Both the position numbers and the translations under genes were made by a program. Below are positions 9,627 to 18,324 of a stretch of 64,000 nt of DNA, in pieces. The notes beneath the pieces were generated by a model, which was not told the origin of the DNA, did no database searches, and worked only from the letters and a program-made list of their open reading frames with translations. The stretch lies in IMG/VR virus record IMGVR_UViG_3300012931_000759, positions 186,001 to 250,000 of that record. One strand, written 5' to 3'. The first letter of the stretch is position 1; the number at the start of each line of letters is the position of its first letter.

Positions 9627-9846
9627 ATGAAAAAATATAAAACAGACTATCAGGAATGGATAAAAGCTGATGTCGAACAATTGAAACAGAAATATGTTTG
9701 TGCCAAAGCGCGACCCCGGTTGTGCCAAGTATAAGACGGATAACGGCATCTGCCTATGCGTAGATTGTCATAACAGCATTAAAGGGCGCGAACACGAGAT
9801 GCGAGACAGATATCTCGCCATTGTTGCCTCCAAGGAGAGTCTATAA
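9627..9846 (+). pseudogene. Decayed HNH endonuclease remnant
   Basis: AT-rich; one frame reads KYKTDNGICLCVDCHNSIKGREHE..., the C-terminal half of an HNH motif. Confidence 0.6.
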
Positions 9847-10199
9847 TGCCTTTTGCACCCGAAGACAAGCGCGCGTGGCTTGACAGCGAGGTGATGGCCG
9901 AGCTAGAGAAGATTGCTAAGGAGACCGATCTCCTCGGTGGGCCTCCGAAGGAGGCTTTTGAGCCCATTGAGGAGAAGACTGCCGCCCAGTCCTCATGGGA
10001 GGACGAGGATGTGCCGGAGGCTCCGGCGGATCCGGACGCTGGCCGGCGCGCGGCGTTGGCGTCACACGGTGCGCGGCTCGCGAAGACACTGGAAAGGATG
10101 GCGCAGGATCTCGCCGAGGCTGGCCGTCCGAAAGCGGCCTATCGCCTGGAGCGGGCGCTTGCCGCCCTAAAGGATATCGCCGAAAAGGGAGGAGAGTGA
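9846..10199 (+). CDS. Putative internal head protein
   Basis: SEVMAELEKIA N-terminal motif; LERMAQDLAEAGRPKAAYRLE motif. Confidence 0.65.
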   Translation: MPFAPEDKRAWLDSEVMAELEKIAKETDLLGGPPKEAFEPIEEKTAAQSSWEDEDVPEAPADPDAGRRAALASHGARLAKTLERMAQDLAEAGRPKAAYRLERALAALKDIAEKGGE

Positions 10200-10200
10200 G

Positions 10201-13200
10201 ATGCGCCACATCAAACCGAGCGAGAGCACGGTGATGCAGGAGTTCGAACGTATCGCCGCTGAGAAGGGATGGATCGTACAGGTTGCCGCAAAGCCGGGCG
10301 AGTTTTTTATCGAGCAGACCAAGTCGGTAATGCCGCAGAGCAATACGCCTCCGGCCCCGGAGGACAAGCTGCTCGAAACCTGGTCCCGGCTATCCGACAA
10401 GGACAAGAATGCTCTCGTCATCGGTTGGGATGGAATGCTCCAGGCCCAGCTGCTCGACCAGTTGAAGCAGCCGGGTATACAGCGGAAGCTTCTGGAGAAG
10501 GCTAGCCAGCCTGCGGCCCCCGCTTCCGCGCCAGCCACGTCAGCCGCACCGGCCGCCGCGCAGTCTGAGAAACCCGCGAAGCGTAAATGGACGCGCGATG
10601 ACCTGGTGAAGGATGTCCAGTCCGTGCTCGCAATCCACTTCAAGGACCCTTCGAAAGTCGGCAAACGAGGGCCGGATGGATTCTGGGGACCGGCGACCGC
10701 CAAGGCCTGGAACGAGTGGATCGCCCAGACGGGCAACGACGCCGTCGCCAAGGCGGATCCGCGTGGGATGAAGCCGCCTCCCGACAAGGACATGTACTGG
10801 GTTGCGTACACCTATGGATCAACAATCAAGCCGAAAACCAAATCCCCGGCACCCGCCGGAGGTGGTCTGATCAACCCGTTCGAGGGTGACAAGGTGACGC
10901 CGGACCTCATCAATCCATGGGCGAAGGAGAGTTCGACAATGGCCAAGAACATCAGGACAGCGCAGGATCCGGTTCCGGAGCATGTTCCAACTGGACTCGT
11001 GAAAAAGCCACATGAGATGCCGATAGGTGCGGAATCGCCGACAACGATACAGGACATCGATAAAATGTTGGCTGGAACAAAGGAACCGACTCCAAACTAT
11101 GGAGAACAGCTTGTGTGGCAGATTCAGGAGGCGGTTCTGAGTTTAGTGCCGGGAGCACGCAGCCGCATGGTTGGCGCCAAGGCACCGGGCGGAGTGGATG
11201 GCATTTGGGGCCCGAAAACAGTCGGGGCCCTTAGCGAAGCTGCGCTTGTGTTCGATCTTCCAGAGACAACGCGCATCCTCAATTCCAGCAGAGACAGACG
11301 TCCTGGAACACAGGCGCTCCAGACGATTTTGTCGGAGCTTCTTCAGGCGGCAGAAAAAGGACAAGGAAAAGAAATGTCAACATTCCCAGCCAGTCCAGAA
11401 CATGTCCCCGCTGGCCTGGTCAAAGAGCCGCACATGACCAGATCTTGGCAAAATCATAGAGAACCAGAGTTTATGCGAAAATCATCTATCGATACAATCA
11501 ATGAGCTGGTGGCATTAGCTAACGATCTCGATGAGATGGGCGAGGTCAAGGTCGCCGAGGCCGTCGACGAGCAGCTTCACCTGTACAAGACCGCCTTCGA
11601 CAAGCTCTATGACATCACGGGCGAGACCGGCGAGCAACTAGTCGGCCAGGCCCATCCGGGCGGAGGTCCGACCATGGCACCCGCCAAGGACGAGGGTGGC
11701 AAAGTTGAGACCGTCGTGGAAGAGCAGCAGAAGGATCTGAAGGTGGTCAAGACCCAGCCTACCGGCAAGCAGGCCGCCTTTGTGGCACGCCAGCTCGTCG
11801 CGTTGGCCAACCGGCTGGATGCCGAGGGGAAAACGGAGGCCGCCCTGCTTGTCGACAAAACGCTCGCCGAGCTTCGGGAGGGCTCCGCCCGCCCTTTCGT
11901 CGTTAACGGTCTCCGCAAAGAGGCTCTATTTCCTGTGCTTCCTGCCCTCGTGATGGGTCTTGGTATCGGTTTGACGGCGCTTGTCCAACTGATGTCATCC
12001 CGCCAGGAAAACCTGGATGAGGATCTTGGCGATTATTTGGCGGTGTTGGATAAACTCGCACAAGACGATGCGAAATGGCAGCCCTATGCAAGCGGCCTAC
12101 GAACTACTTTGGAACCGTACCGCAAGATGTTCAAACAGCCGCCGCCCGAGGATGCAAAGGCTCGACAGGCACACAAGACCAAACTCTTGGAATTTGGCGA
12201 CACCATTCTGCCACAGATGGAACAAATGACCAATTCCATTCCCAAAAGTTGGTGGACCGTCGGTTTCGGGAAAGATTTCCGCATCAGGGACAAACTCGAC
12301 GATGTGAAGACATCCTACAACGAAATCCTTACCATCCTGAATAGGGCGGATGAATTGGCGGCTTCAAATAAGATCCCGGCCGACAAGACGCCATCCCCTG
12401 AAGCCGCCAAGGAGGAGCGGCCATACGAGAAGCAATTGCGGAAAACCCTGCGGGCATCCTATACTAAGTTTAAAGGCACGGTCGACCAATTGCTGAATGG
12501 GTTGGTCAAAGCGCTCCAGGATCCGGCCAAGGAAATCGAAGCCAACCAAATGCTTAAAGGCAAACTCAACGAGACGATAGATTGGTTGAAGACCCTGCGC
12601 CAGCAAAAGGAGCCCACAACCCTCACTGAGAGGAATACCCTCAACAACTACAACAATATCCTGTGGAATGACTATCTCGGACCTCTTCGCCGCAATCCAA
12701 AATTAGCCGACGTGTTCGCTTCGGTCAAGGATGGACATCTGGTGAGAGAAGCAGCTCCTCCAAAACCGGCTGCGCCGGGAATTCCAGGTGCGCCTGTCGG
12801 TCCATTGAACCAGCCTACGGCAAAAACCGGTCCAGCTAAGCCTAAGCCTGGCGTTCGGCGCCCGGCCAAAAAACCGCGTCTTGAATTACAACAGCTACAG
12901 CAGCTGATGCTGACGCTCAACCTGCCGCTCGGCACACGCAAGGCCGACGGTGTGTGGGGACCATACACAGCCAAGGCCTGGAATAGGCTCAACCACATGG
13001 TCGGTGGACGCCTCGGAGCCGCGCCCTCGGAGAAAACCGAGGGGCCCACGGCCGCCCAGATCGACGTCGCCACACGCGTGGCAAACGTGTTGACACGCCG
13101 CCAGGCGATTGTGGAGATCGCCCCCGGCATCTCTCTGCCGACAGGTGCTTTCGCCAATGTCCAGGTTTTCATGCGGGCCTTGGCCACGAGGCGTGCGGCG

Positions 13201-13851
13201 GGGATCGACACAAGCGGGAACCTCGATACGGCCGCCAATCGCAAGCGCGCGTTGGAACTGCTTCGCGGATTCGCCGGACGCATGGAGGACGAAGATATCC
13301 AGCTCAATCTCGCCGCCAAGCTCGGCACGCAGGAGGCCCAACGTCTGCCGCAGCAGATAAACACTCTGCTCGACGCGCTTGGCGCCGCCGAGACCGGCAT
13401 TCCGTCGTACCGCAGGCCGGAAGGCGAACGTCGCCCCGGATACGGCGAAAACCAGCCATATGGTCGCGGCGAGGGTAGCGCGAGTCCCTTCGGCACTTTG
13501 GAAGGCGGACGTCGCGGTCGCGGCGAGGGCGGCGAGATGGGCGGCTACGGAGAGGGACGTATGTCGCTGGAGAGCCGGGTCTACAACATCCCGGACGTCT
13601 CCGGTTTCGTGAATGATCCGATGCAGTTCGCGATCTGGGCCCAGCGGTACTGGCTGAGCCGGACCCGTGAGGAGGGCGAGCCCTACGCCATCGCCTACAA
13701 GGTGGTCAAGGCGCTGCGCGGCGACATCGCCAATCTCCAGAACGCGCTGATGCGGCAACCGGTGCGCAACCGCGACGAGCTCCAGACCACCCTACAGCAG
13801 CGGCACGAGGCGTTGATGGACGTGTACACCTCCCTGCCGAAGGGGCGATAG
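10201..13851 (+). CDS. Large putative internal/ejection protein with three peptidoglycan-binding-like motifs and a hydrophobic helix
   Basis: DGFWGPAT, DGIWGPKT, DGVWGPYT; two LVALANxLD motifs; hydrophobic segment after GLRKEA. Confidence 0.65.
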   Translation: MRHIKPSESTVMQEFERIAAEKGWIVQVAAKPGEFFIEQTKSVMPQSNTPPAPEDKLLETWSRLSDKDKNALVIGWDGMLQAQLLDQLKQPGIQRKLLEKASQPAAPASAPATSAAPAAAQSEKPAKRKWTRDDLVKDVQSVLAIHFKDPSKVGKRGPDGFWGPATAKAWNEWIAQTGNDAVAKADPRGMKPPPDKDMYWVAYTYGSTIKPKTKSPAPAGGGLINPFEGDKVTPDLINPWAKESSTMAKNIRTAQDPVPEHVPTGLVKKPHEMPIGAESPTTIQDIDKMLAGTKEPTPNYGEQLVWQIQEAVLSLVPGARSRMVGAKAPGGVDGIWGPKTVGALSEAALVFDLPETTRILNSSRDRRPGTQALQTILSELLQAAEKGQGKEMSTFPASPEHVPAGLVKEPHMTRSWQNHREPEFMRKSSIDTINELVALANDLDEMGEVKVAEAVDEQLHLYKTAFDKLYDITGETGEQLVGQAHPGGGPTMAPAKDEGGKVETVVEEQQKDLKVVKTQPTGKQAAFVARQLVALANRLDAEGKTEAALLVDKTLAELREGSARPFVVNGLRKEALFPVLPALVMGLGIGLTALVQLMSSRQENLDEDLGDYLAVLDKLAQDDAKWQPYASGLRTTLEPYRKMFKQPPPEDAKARQAHKTKLLEFGDTILPQMEQMTNSIPKSWWTVGFGKDFRIRDKLDDVKTSYNEILTILNRADELAASNKIPADKTPSPEAAKEERPYEKQLRKTLRASYTKFKGTVDQLLNGLVKALQDPAKEIEANQMLKGKLNETIDWLKTLRQQKEPTTLTERNTLNNYNNILWNDYLGPLRRNPKLADVFASVKDGHLVREAAPPKPAAPGIPGAPVGPLNQPTAKTGPAKPKPGVRRPAKKPRLELQQLQQLMLTLNLPLGTRKADGVWGPYTAKAWNRLNHMVGGRLGAAPSEKTEGPTAAQIDVATRVANVLTRRQAIVEIAPGISLPTGAFANVQVFMRALATRRAAGIDTSGNLDTAANRKRALELLRGFAGRMEDEDIQLNLAAKLGTQEAQRLPQQINTLLDALGAAETGIPSYRRPEGERRPGYGENQPYGRGEGSASPFGTLEGGRRGRGEGGEMGGYGEGRMSLESRVYNIPDVSGFVNDPMQFAIWAQRYWLSRTREEGEPYAIAYKVVKALRGDIANLQNALMRQPVRNRDELQTTLQQRHEALMDVYTSLPKGR

Positions 13852-13853
13852 TC

Positions 13854-14885
13854 ATGGACAAGCGGGCTTTCGATTTCAGCGAACTCGCTCAGAACGCGGC
13901 CCGCAGCGTCTGGTCGCAGATCGGCGACCTGAAGCAGATCCGTGAGAGGCCGTTTGAACTGTTGTTTAAGTACATAACGCCCGGCCTACTCATGCTACGC
14001 GGCAAGTGGATCCTCGCCGCCCTATTTGGGGTGGCTGACGATGTGCTGAACATCGGACCAGCCCGCATCGGCGCGTGGCTCGACAAGATGATCGGCAAGG
14101 GTCCTGGAAGCGGCAACACCGACGCTGTGAACGAGACGGATCTCATGAGCGCATCCAAACGGGTCATTGACGGCATCACGGGTGCCCTTTTCACCAAATC
14201 GTCAGCTTTCCGACGCGAGGTCGAAAGGCGAGGTGTTGTCGATGCTCGCGCTTTCGTGGTGGCCTGGGCGCATGGCCCCGACGGGACGATCGAGAAAAAT
14301 GCGGCCTCCCTGTCATCGAAGGTGAGGTCCTGGCTGGCGATGAGCCCCTATAAGTCGGGCGGTTTTTTCAGCGGTATGCTCTTCTCATTCTTGAAGGCTT
14401 TCCTGGTCGGGTTGGGCATCCATAGCGGGCTCAGCATGCTGTTTGGCGGCGGTGGGGGAGAGGTTGCCATGCGGCCATCGGCCACGCCAGGCGCCCCGGG
14501 CGGTTCGGGAACCGCAGCCTCCGGCATGAGGCTCTACGTAAACGCCGCTGGCAATGTCGAGCGGTCGCTGATCATGGCGCTTGACGGCCTCATCAGGGAC
14601 AAGGAAGGCAGGCCGTTCTCGGTCCTGTTCGCCGATTTGAAGGGCTATCCACTGGAGGGCTCCCCCGAAATGGACCGCGTGCTCGGCGAGGTCCGGGCGG
14701 CCCATGGGGGAGCCTCGATCTACGAGATCAGCGGCTACAAGACCTTCGCGGCGCCGCCTCCGGCGGGGATCGCCAGGATACTGCTGCCGCAGGCGACATA
14801 CACCAAACAAACCGCTCCTCCGTCGGCGGCATCCAAACCCGACGCCGAACGGGAACTCGAGGGTATTCTCGGAGGGAAACAATGA
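13854..14885 (+). CDS. Putative internal/ejection protein with hydrophobic segments
   Basis: MDKRA, IEKNA motifs; FFSGMLFSFLKAFLVGLGI segment. Confidence 0.6.
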   Translation: MDKRAFDFSELAQNAARSVWSQIGDLKQIRERPFELLFKYITPGLLMLRGKWILAALFGVADDVLNIGPARIGAWLDKMIGKGPGSGNTDAVNETDLMSASKRVIDGITGALFTKSSAFRREVERRGVVDARAFVVAWAHGPDGTIEKNAASLSSKVRSWLAMSPYKSGGFFSGMLFSFLKAFLVGLGIHSGLSMLFGGGGGEVAMRPSATPGAPGGSGTAASGMRLYVNAAGNVERSLIMALDGLIRDKEGRPFSVLFADLKGYPLEGSPEMDRVLGEVRAAHGGASIYEISGYKTFAAPPPAGIARILLPQATYTKQTAPPSAASKPDAERELEGILGGKQ

Positions 14886-16189
14886 CAAGGGAATGGAACG
14901 GCAGCCTGGTGATGGAGGAATTCGCCAAAATCGCCGCCAAGAGCGGTCTCATCACTACCGATTTCGACAAGCCGATCGTCGGGAACTCGAACAAGTCCCC
15001 CGTCGGTCCCTTCAGGAACAATCCCAGTGTAAGCGGGAAAACGGACACCTTGTCAGTCGATTCCAATTCCAAGGACTACGGCGTCACGAAAGAGACGGGC
15101 GAGGAATTGGTCGATGAGGCGCATCCGGAAGATCCCCGAATCGCAGAGTCGATGGGTAGAGGCTGGGAGGTAGAAAATATCGTCCAGCAACAAGAGCAGG
15201 ATATCGGGGTCGCCACGCGGATGCCCTCCGGCGCACTCTACGGCAAACATGCCGAGCTGGTGGGCGCACTGGTCCGGCTGGCAGACAAGCTCGACGAGGA
15301 AGGGCGCAAAGAGGCGGCCAAGAGGATTGACCGAGCCATCGGGAGGATCTCGAGGCTCCCTTTTAATGGAGGCCTCCGTAAGGAGGCCATCGGTTTCCTG
15401 GCGGGACTACTCGGACCCCTGAAAACCCTCTTGTGGGGTGGAGCTGCCCTTTGGGGCGGCGCTACCTTTGGCCCGGCTCTGTTGGCGAAACTCACCAGTT
15501 CGCGCGAGAACCTGGCCACAGACATCGGGGACGTCCTTGAAGTGGCAGGCAGCGTTCGCGAGGATGATCCATCCCTGTCGACCGTCGAGGGTCGACTGCG
15601 CACCCTGCTGTCGCCCTTTGCGGTACAGTTCCGCAAGCCGATGCCGACGCCCGGAGACGAGACAGGATTGCGTGAATACCTCGGGCTCCTCGAGGAATTT
15701 GGAACGCGCGTCCTGACGGACGCAAGGGCGCTTGTGACAGCCATGACGGCCGTGCGGGGTGGATGGTGGGAGGGAATTGGGTTCGGTCCCAAATCACGGC
15801 TGATCGAGAAAATGAAGGATATGGAAGAAACGTTCCAGGGCACTATGATGGCTGTCCGAGCGGCCGCCAAGGTGGGCGAGAAGTTGCCCGAGGCCGCCAA
15901 GGCTGAAGTTCCGTCCGGAGGCAATATCGCTGAAATCCAGGCGCTGCTCGCCGAACGCGGGCTGAAGATTTCGCAGAGCGGCAAGCTGGACGACGCTACT
16001 GTGGACGCGCTCAAGCAGCTAGAGCTGCGGATCGACGTCGACCTGCGCCGCGACCCGAGGATGGCCGAGATCCTCGAACGGCGTGGATGGAGCGTAGCGG
16101 GATCGCTGCTGCGTCCCGACGGCAAGACGGTCGACGTGGACACGGTGCGCCGCTTACTTGCGCTGGCGGACAGAGCCGCAGGCAAGTAG
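14882..16189 (+). CDS. Putative internal/ejection protein, paralogue of the central part of 10201..13851
   Basis: Shared ETGE.LV..AHP, LVxLAxxLD, GLRKEA, SSR.ENL and WW..GFG blocks; C-terminal SGKLDDAT (PG-binding-like). Confidence 0.65.
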   Translation: MTREWNGSLVMEEFAKIAAKSGLITTDFDKPIVGNSNKSPVGPFRNNPSVSGKTDTLSVDSNSKDYGVTKETGEELVDEAHPEDPRIAESMGRGWEVENIVQQQEQDIGVATRMPSGALYGKHAELVGALVRLADKLDEEGRKEAAKRIDRAIGRISRLPFNGGLRKEAIGFLAGLLGPLKTLLWGGAALWGGATFGPALLAKLTSSRENLATDIGDVLEVAGSVREDDPSLSTVEGRLRTLLSPFAVQFRKPMPTPGDETGLREYLGLLEEFGTRVLTDARALVTAMTAVRGGWWEGIGFGPKSRLIEKMKDMEETFQGTMMAVRAAAKVGEKLPEAAKAEVPSGGNIAEIQALLAERGLKISQSGKLDDATVDALKQLELRIDVDLRRDPRMAEILERRGWSVAGSLLRPDGKTVDVDTVRRLLALADRAAGK

Positions 16190-16259
16190 CCGTAACAACT
16201 GGATATTTTCCGGAAACATGTCTGAAGACCTTAAATGATTGAGATTTTTCCGGAAAAAC

Positions 16260-16277
16260 CTATCAATAATTTCGCAT
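16260..16277 (+). promoter_or_regulatory. Putative phage late promoter for the capsid operon
   Basis: CTATCAAT AATTTCG CAT, preceded by palindrome TTTTTCCGGAAAAA (16245-16258). Confidence 0.7.
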
Positions 16278-16365
16278 AGTATCGAGAAGACCCCTTAAGA
16301 GGGGTTTGCGGAACAAAGACGACATCCCACGGGCGCAAAGCGTTCGTGGTTGAGGAGATGAACCA

Positions 16366-17037
16366 ATGGCTCTCAGGATTCTTCAGCCGGGCATCCAGCC
16401 GCTCGGACAGTTCGATTTCGCAGACGGTTACCTGCTTAGCGTTAAGGGCGGCGAGGTTTGTACCCTTGTGGCTCTGTCGCGCACAAACACCGCTTCCGAA
16501 AAGGCGGCTGCGGACGCGCTCGATGGCTACACCAACTACTCTCAAAACATGCGCGCTGGCCTGACCCTTAACATCGCAGTCAACACGGCCCGCCCGCTGT
16601 GGCTGACTGATGACGGCACCGGCGCCTCTGGCATCATCCAGGGGTACGGCACGCTGTTCGGCCAGGTGATCGGCACCCCTGTCGGTCTTACGACCTCGGG
16701 AACCAACCTCGGTCCCCACACCGCCCTTGCCTCTGGCAAAGTGACCGCGTGGGACAAGCCGGGCCTCTACGCTGTGACGCTCGACGCTGTCGACACTGAC
16801 GCGACGAACGGCCTTCAGCCAAGCAACGTGGCCATGGTGCCGCAGAAGGCGATCTACCCGACGATCCTCGGTGTTCTGACCCCGACGGCCGGACGTTCGG
16901 TCGGCGCTGCTGGCCCCACGGTCGCCCGTTTCGTGGAGTTTGAATCCACCGCCCGCTCTCTCGTCCGCACGCCTGCCTCGCTCGTGGGCGCGACTCCGGT
17001 CTGGGAGCACGCCGTGATTTCGTACTTTGTCGAGTAG
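16366..17037 (+). CDS. Head decoration/cement protein
   Basis: Immediately upstream of the major capsid gene, strong RBS, biased codon use; 2 DGY. Confidence 0.65.
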   Translation: MALRILQPGIQPLGQFDFADGYLLSVKGGEVCTLVALSRTNTASEKAAADALDGYTNYSQNMRAGLTLNIAVNTARPLWLTDDGTGASGIIQGYGTLFGQVIGTPVGLTTSGTNLGPHTALASGKVTAWDKPGLYAVTLDAVDTDATNGLQPSNVAMVPQKAIYPTILGVLTPTAGRSVGAAGPTVARFVEFESTARSLVRTPASLVGATPVWEHAVISYFVE

Positions 17038-17146
17038 TTGATCGTCACGAGTCGTGAAAGAACTGGTCCGATCCGGGGGTGACTCTGGATCGGATCCCAA
17101 GTAAGAGAAAGGAGCGAAAGACCATTCCACAGGAGGACAAAGAGTT

Positions 17147-18172
17147 ATGTCTCTTTTTAACACCCATGGCGAGATGAACGCCAGCGGCGTCAAGGATGCC
17201 CTTGCCCAGATCGTGAAGTATGCCACGATCCTTGAGAACATGGAGCCCGCCAACACCGGGCTCGCCCAGCAGCCCTCGTTCAACGACGAGCAGCGCGACG
17301 AACTGATCAAGCGCGCCCTTCTGACCCAGGAAGGCAAGATTGCCCTCGGTCAGGCGATGGCCAACCCAATCCGGCGTAACCTCGACTACCAGGGAGTCGG
17401 CCGCCGGGTTCTGGTGATCGACCCGCTGCCCCAGGGCGCCCTGCCCGTGTACGACCGCGATATCGACGTCGCAGCCGTGGTCGTAGCCTCGAACGGCTCG
17501 GCTCCCGAGAGCCGCGTGTTCGGTGACCGCGTGACCGTGCCGGAGTTCGAGGTCGTCTCGAATCCGACCGTGCGCATTGCCGAAGTGCGTAGACGCCGTT
17601 TCAACGTGATTGACCGTGCCCAGCAGAAAGCCCGCCAAGAGATCCAGGCCCAGGAAGACGCGAACATTTTCGCAGCCCTGGACTACGCGGCCGACGCAAC
17701 CCTCGGCGGCGAAAACACTGCCCAGGACATCGCGGACGCTGGTCTGCTCAAGCGCGACTTGTCCGAGATCAAGGTCCAGGTGGACCGCTGGGACCTGGTC
17801 ACGACCAAGTTCCTTATGAACATCCTTGAGTTCAACGACATTCTGAACTGGGGTTCGGGCGGTGGTCAGGCTGCGGGCACTGGTGGCGAGGTGGACCCAG
17901 TGACGATGCGTGAAATCCTCCAGACCGGTCTTTACGCGCATATCTGGGGCGCCGACATCATCGTCTCCAAGATCGTGCCGCCAGGCACGGTGTTCGGGAC
18001 TGCGGATCCGGAGTTCGTTGGTGTCATGCCTATCAGGCAGGACATTGAGGTACTACCTGCTGACGAACCTAAGCAGCTAAAGCTCGGCTGGGTGGTCAAT
18101 GAAATCATCGGCATCGGCATCGTGAACCCCCGTGGTGTCGCCGTTGGTCGCAAATCAGTGGCCGTCGGCTAA
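17147..18172 (+). CDS. Major capsid protein (HK97-like fold)
   Basis: 341 aa, AGGAGG RBS, strong codon bias; ARQEIQAQEDANIF backbone helix, GADIIVS, GWVVNE.IG.GIVNP; strong terminator follows. Confidence 0.85.
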   Translation: MSLFNTHGEMNASGVKDALAQIVKYATILENMEPANTGLAQQPSFNDEQRDELIKRALLTQEGKIALGQAMANPIRRNLDYQGVGRRVLVIDPLPQGALPVYDRDIDVAAVVVASNGSAPESRVFGDRVTVPEFEVVSNPTVRIAEVRRRRFNVIDRAQQKARQEIQAQEDANIFAALDYAADATLGGENTAQDIADAGLLKRDLSEIKVQVDRWDLVTTKFLMNILEFNDILNWGSGGGQAAGTGGEVDPVTMREILQTGLYAHIWGADIIVSKIVPPGTVFGTADPEFVGVMPIRQDIEVLPADEPKQLKLGWVVNEIIGIGIVNPRGVAVGRKSVAVG

Positions 18173-18203
18173 CGCCAACCGGCAACTAACTGAATCGTGA
18201 ATG

Positions 18204-18238
18204 AAAAAATCGGGCTGCTTCGGCAGCCCGATTTTTTT
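18204..18238. terminator. Bidirectional rho-independent terminator
   Basis: AAAAAATCGGGCTGC-TTCG-GCAGCCCGATTTTTTT. Confidence 0.92.
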
Positions 18239-18255
18239 GTGCCTGTTCTTTTCTC

Positions 18256-18284
18256 TTGACAAGGCTTAGCAAGATAAATAAACT
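18256..18284 (+). promoter_or_regulatory. Sigma70-type promoter
   Basis: TTGACA-N17-TAAACT upstream of 18325. Confidence 0.65.
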
Positions 18285-18324
18285 GAAGATAGAACAACTT
18301 TTCAAGTGATAGTGTCAGGAGAAA

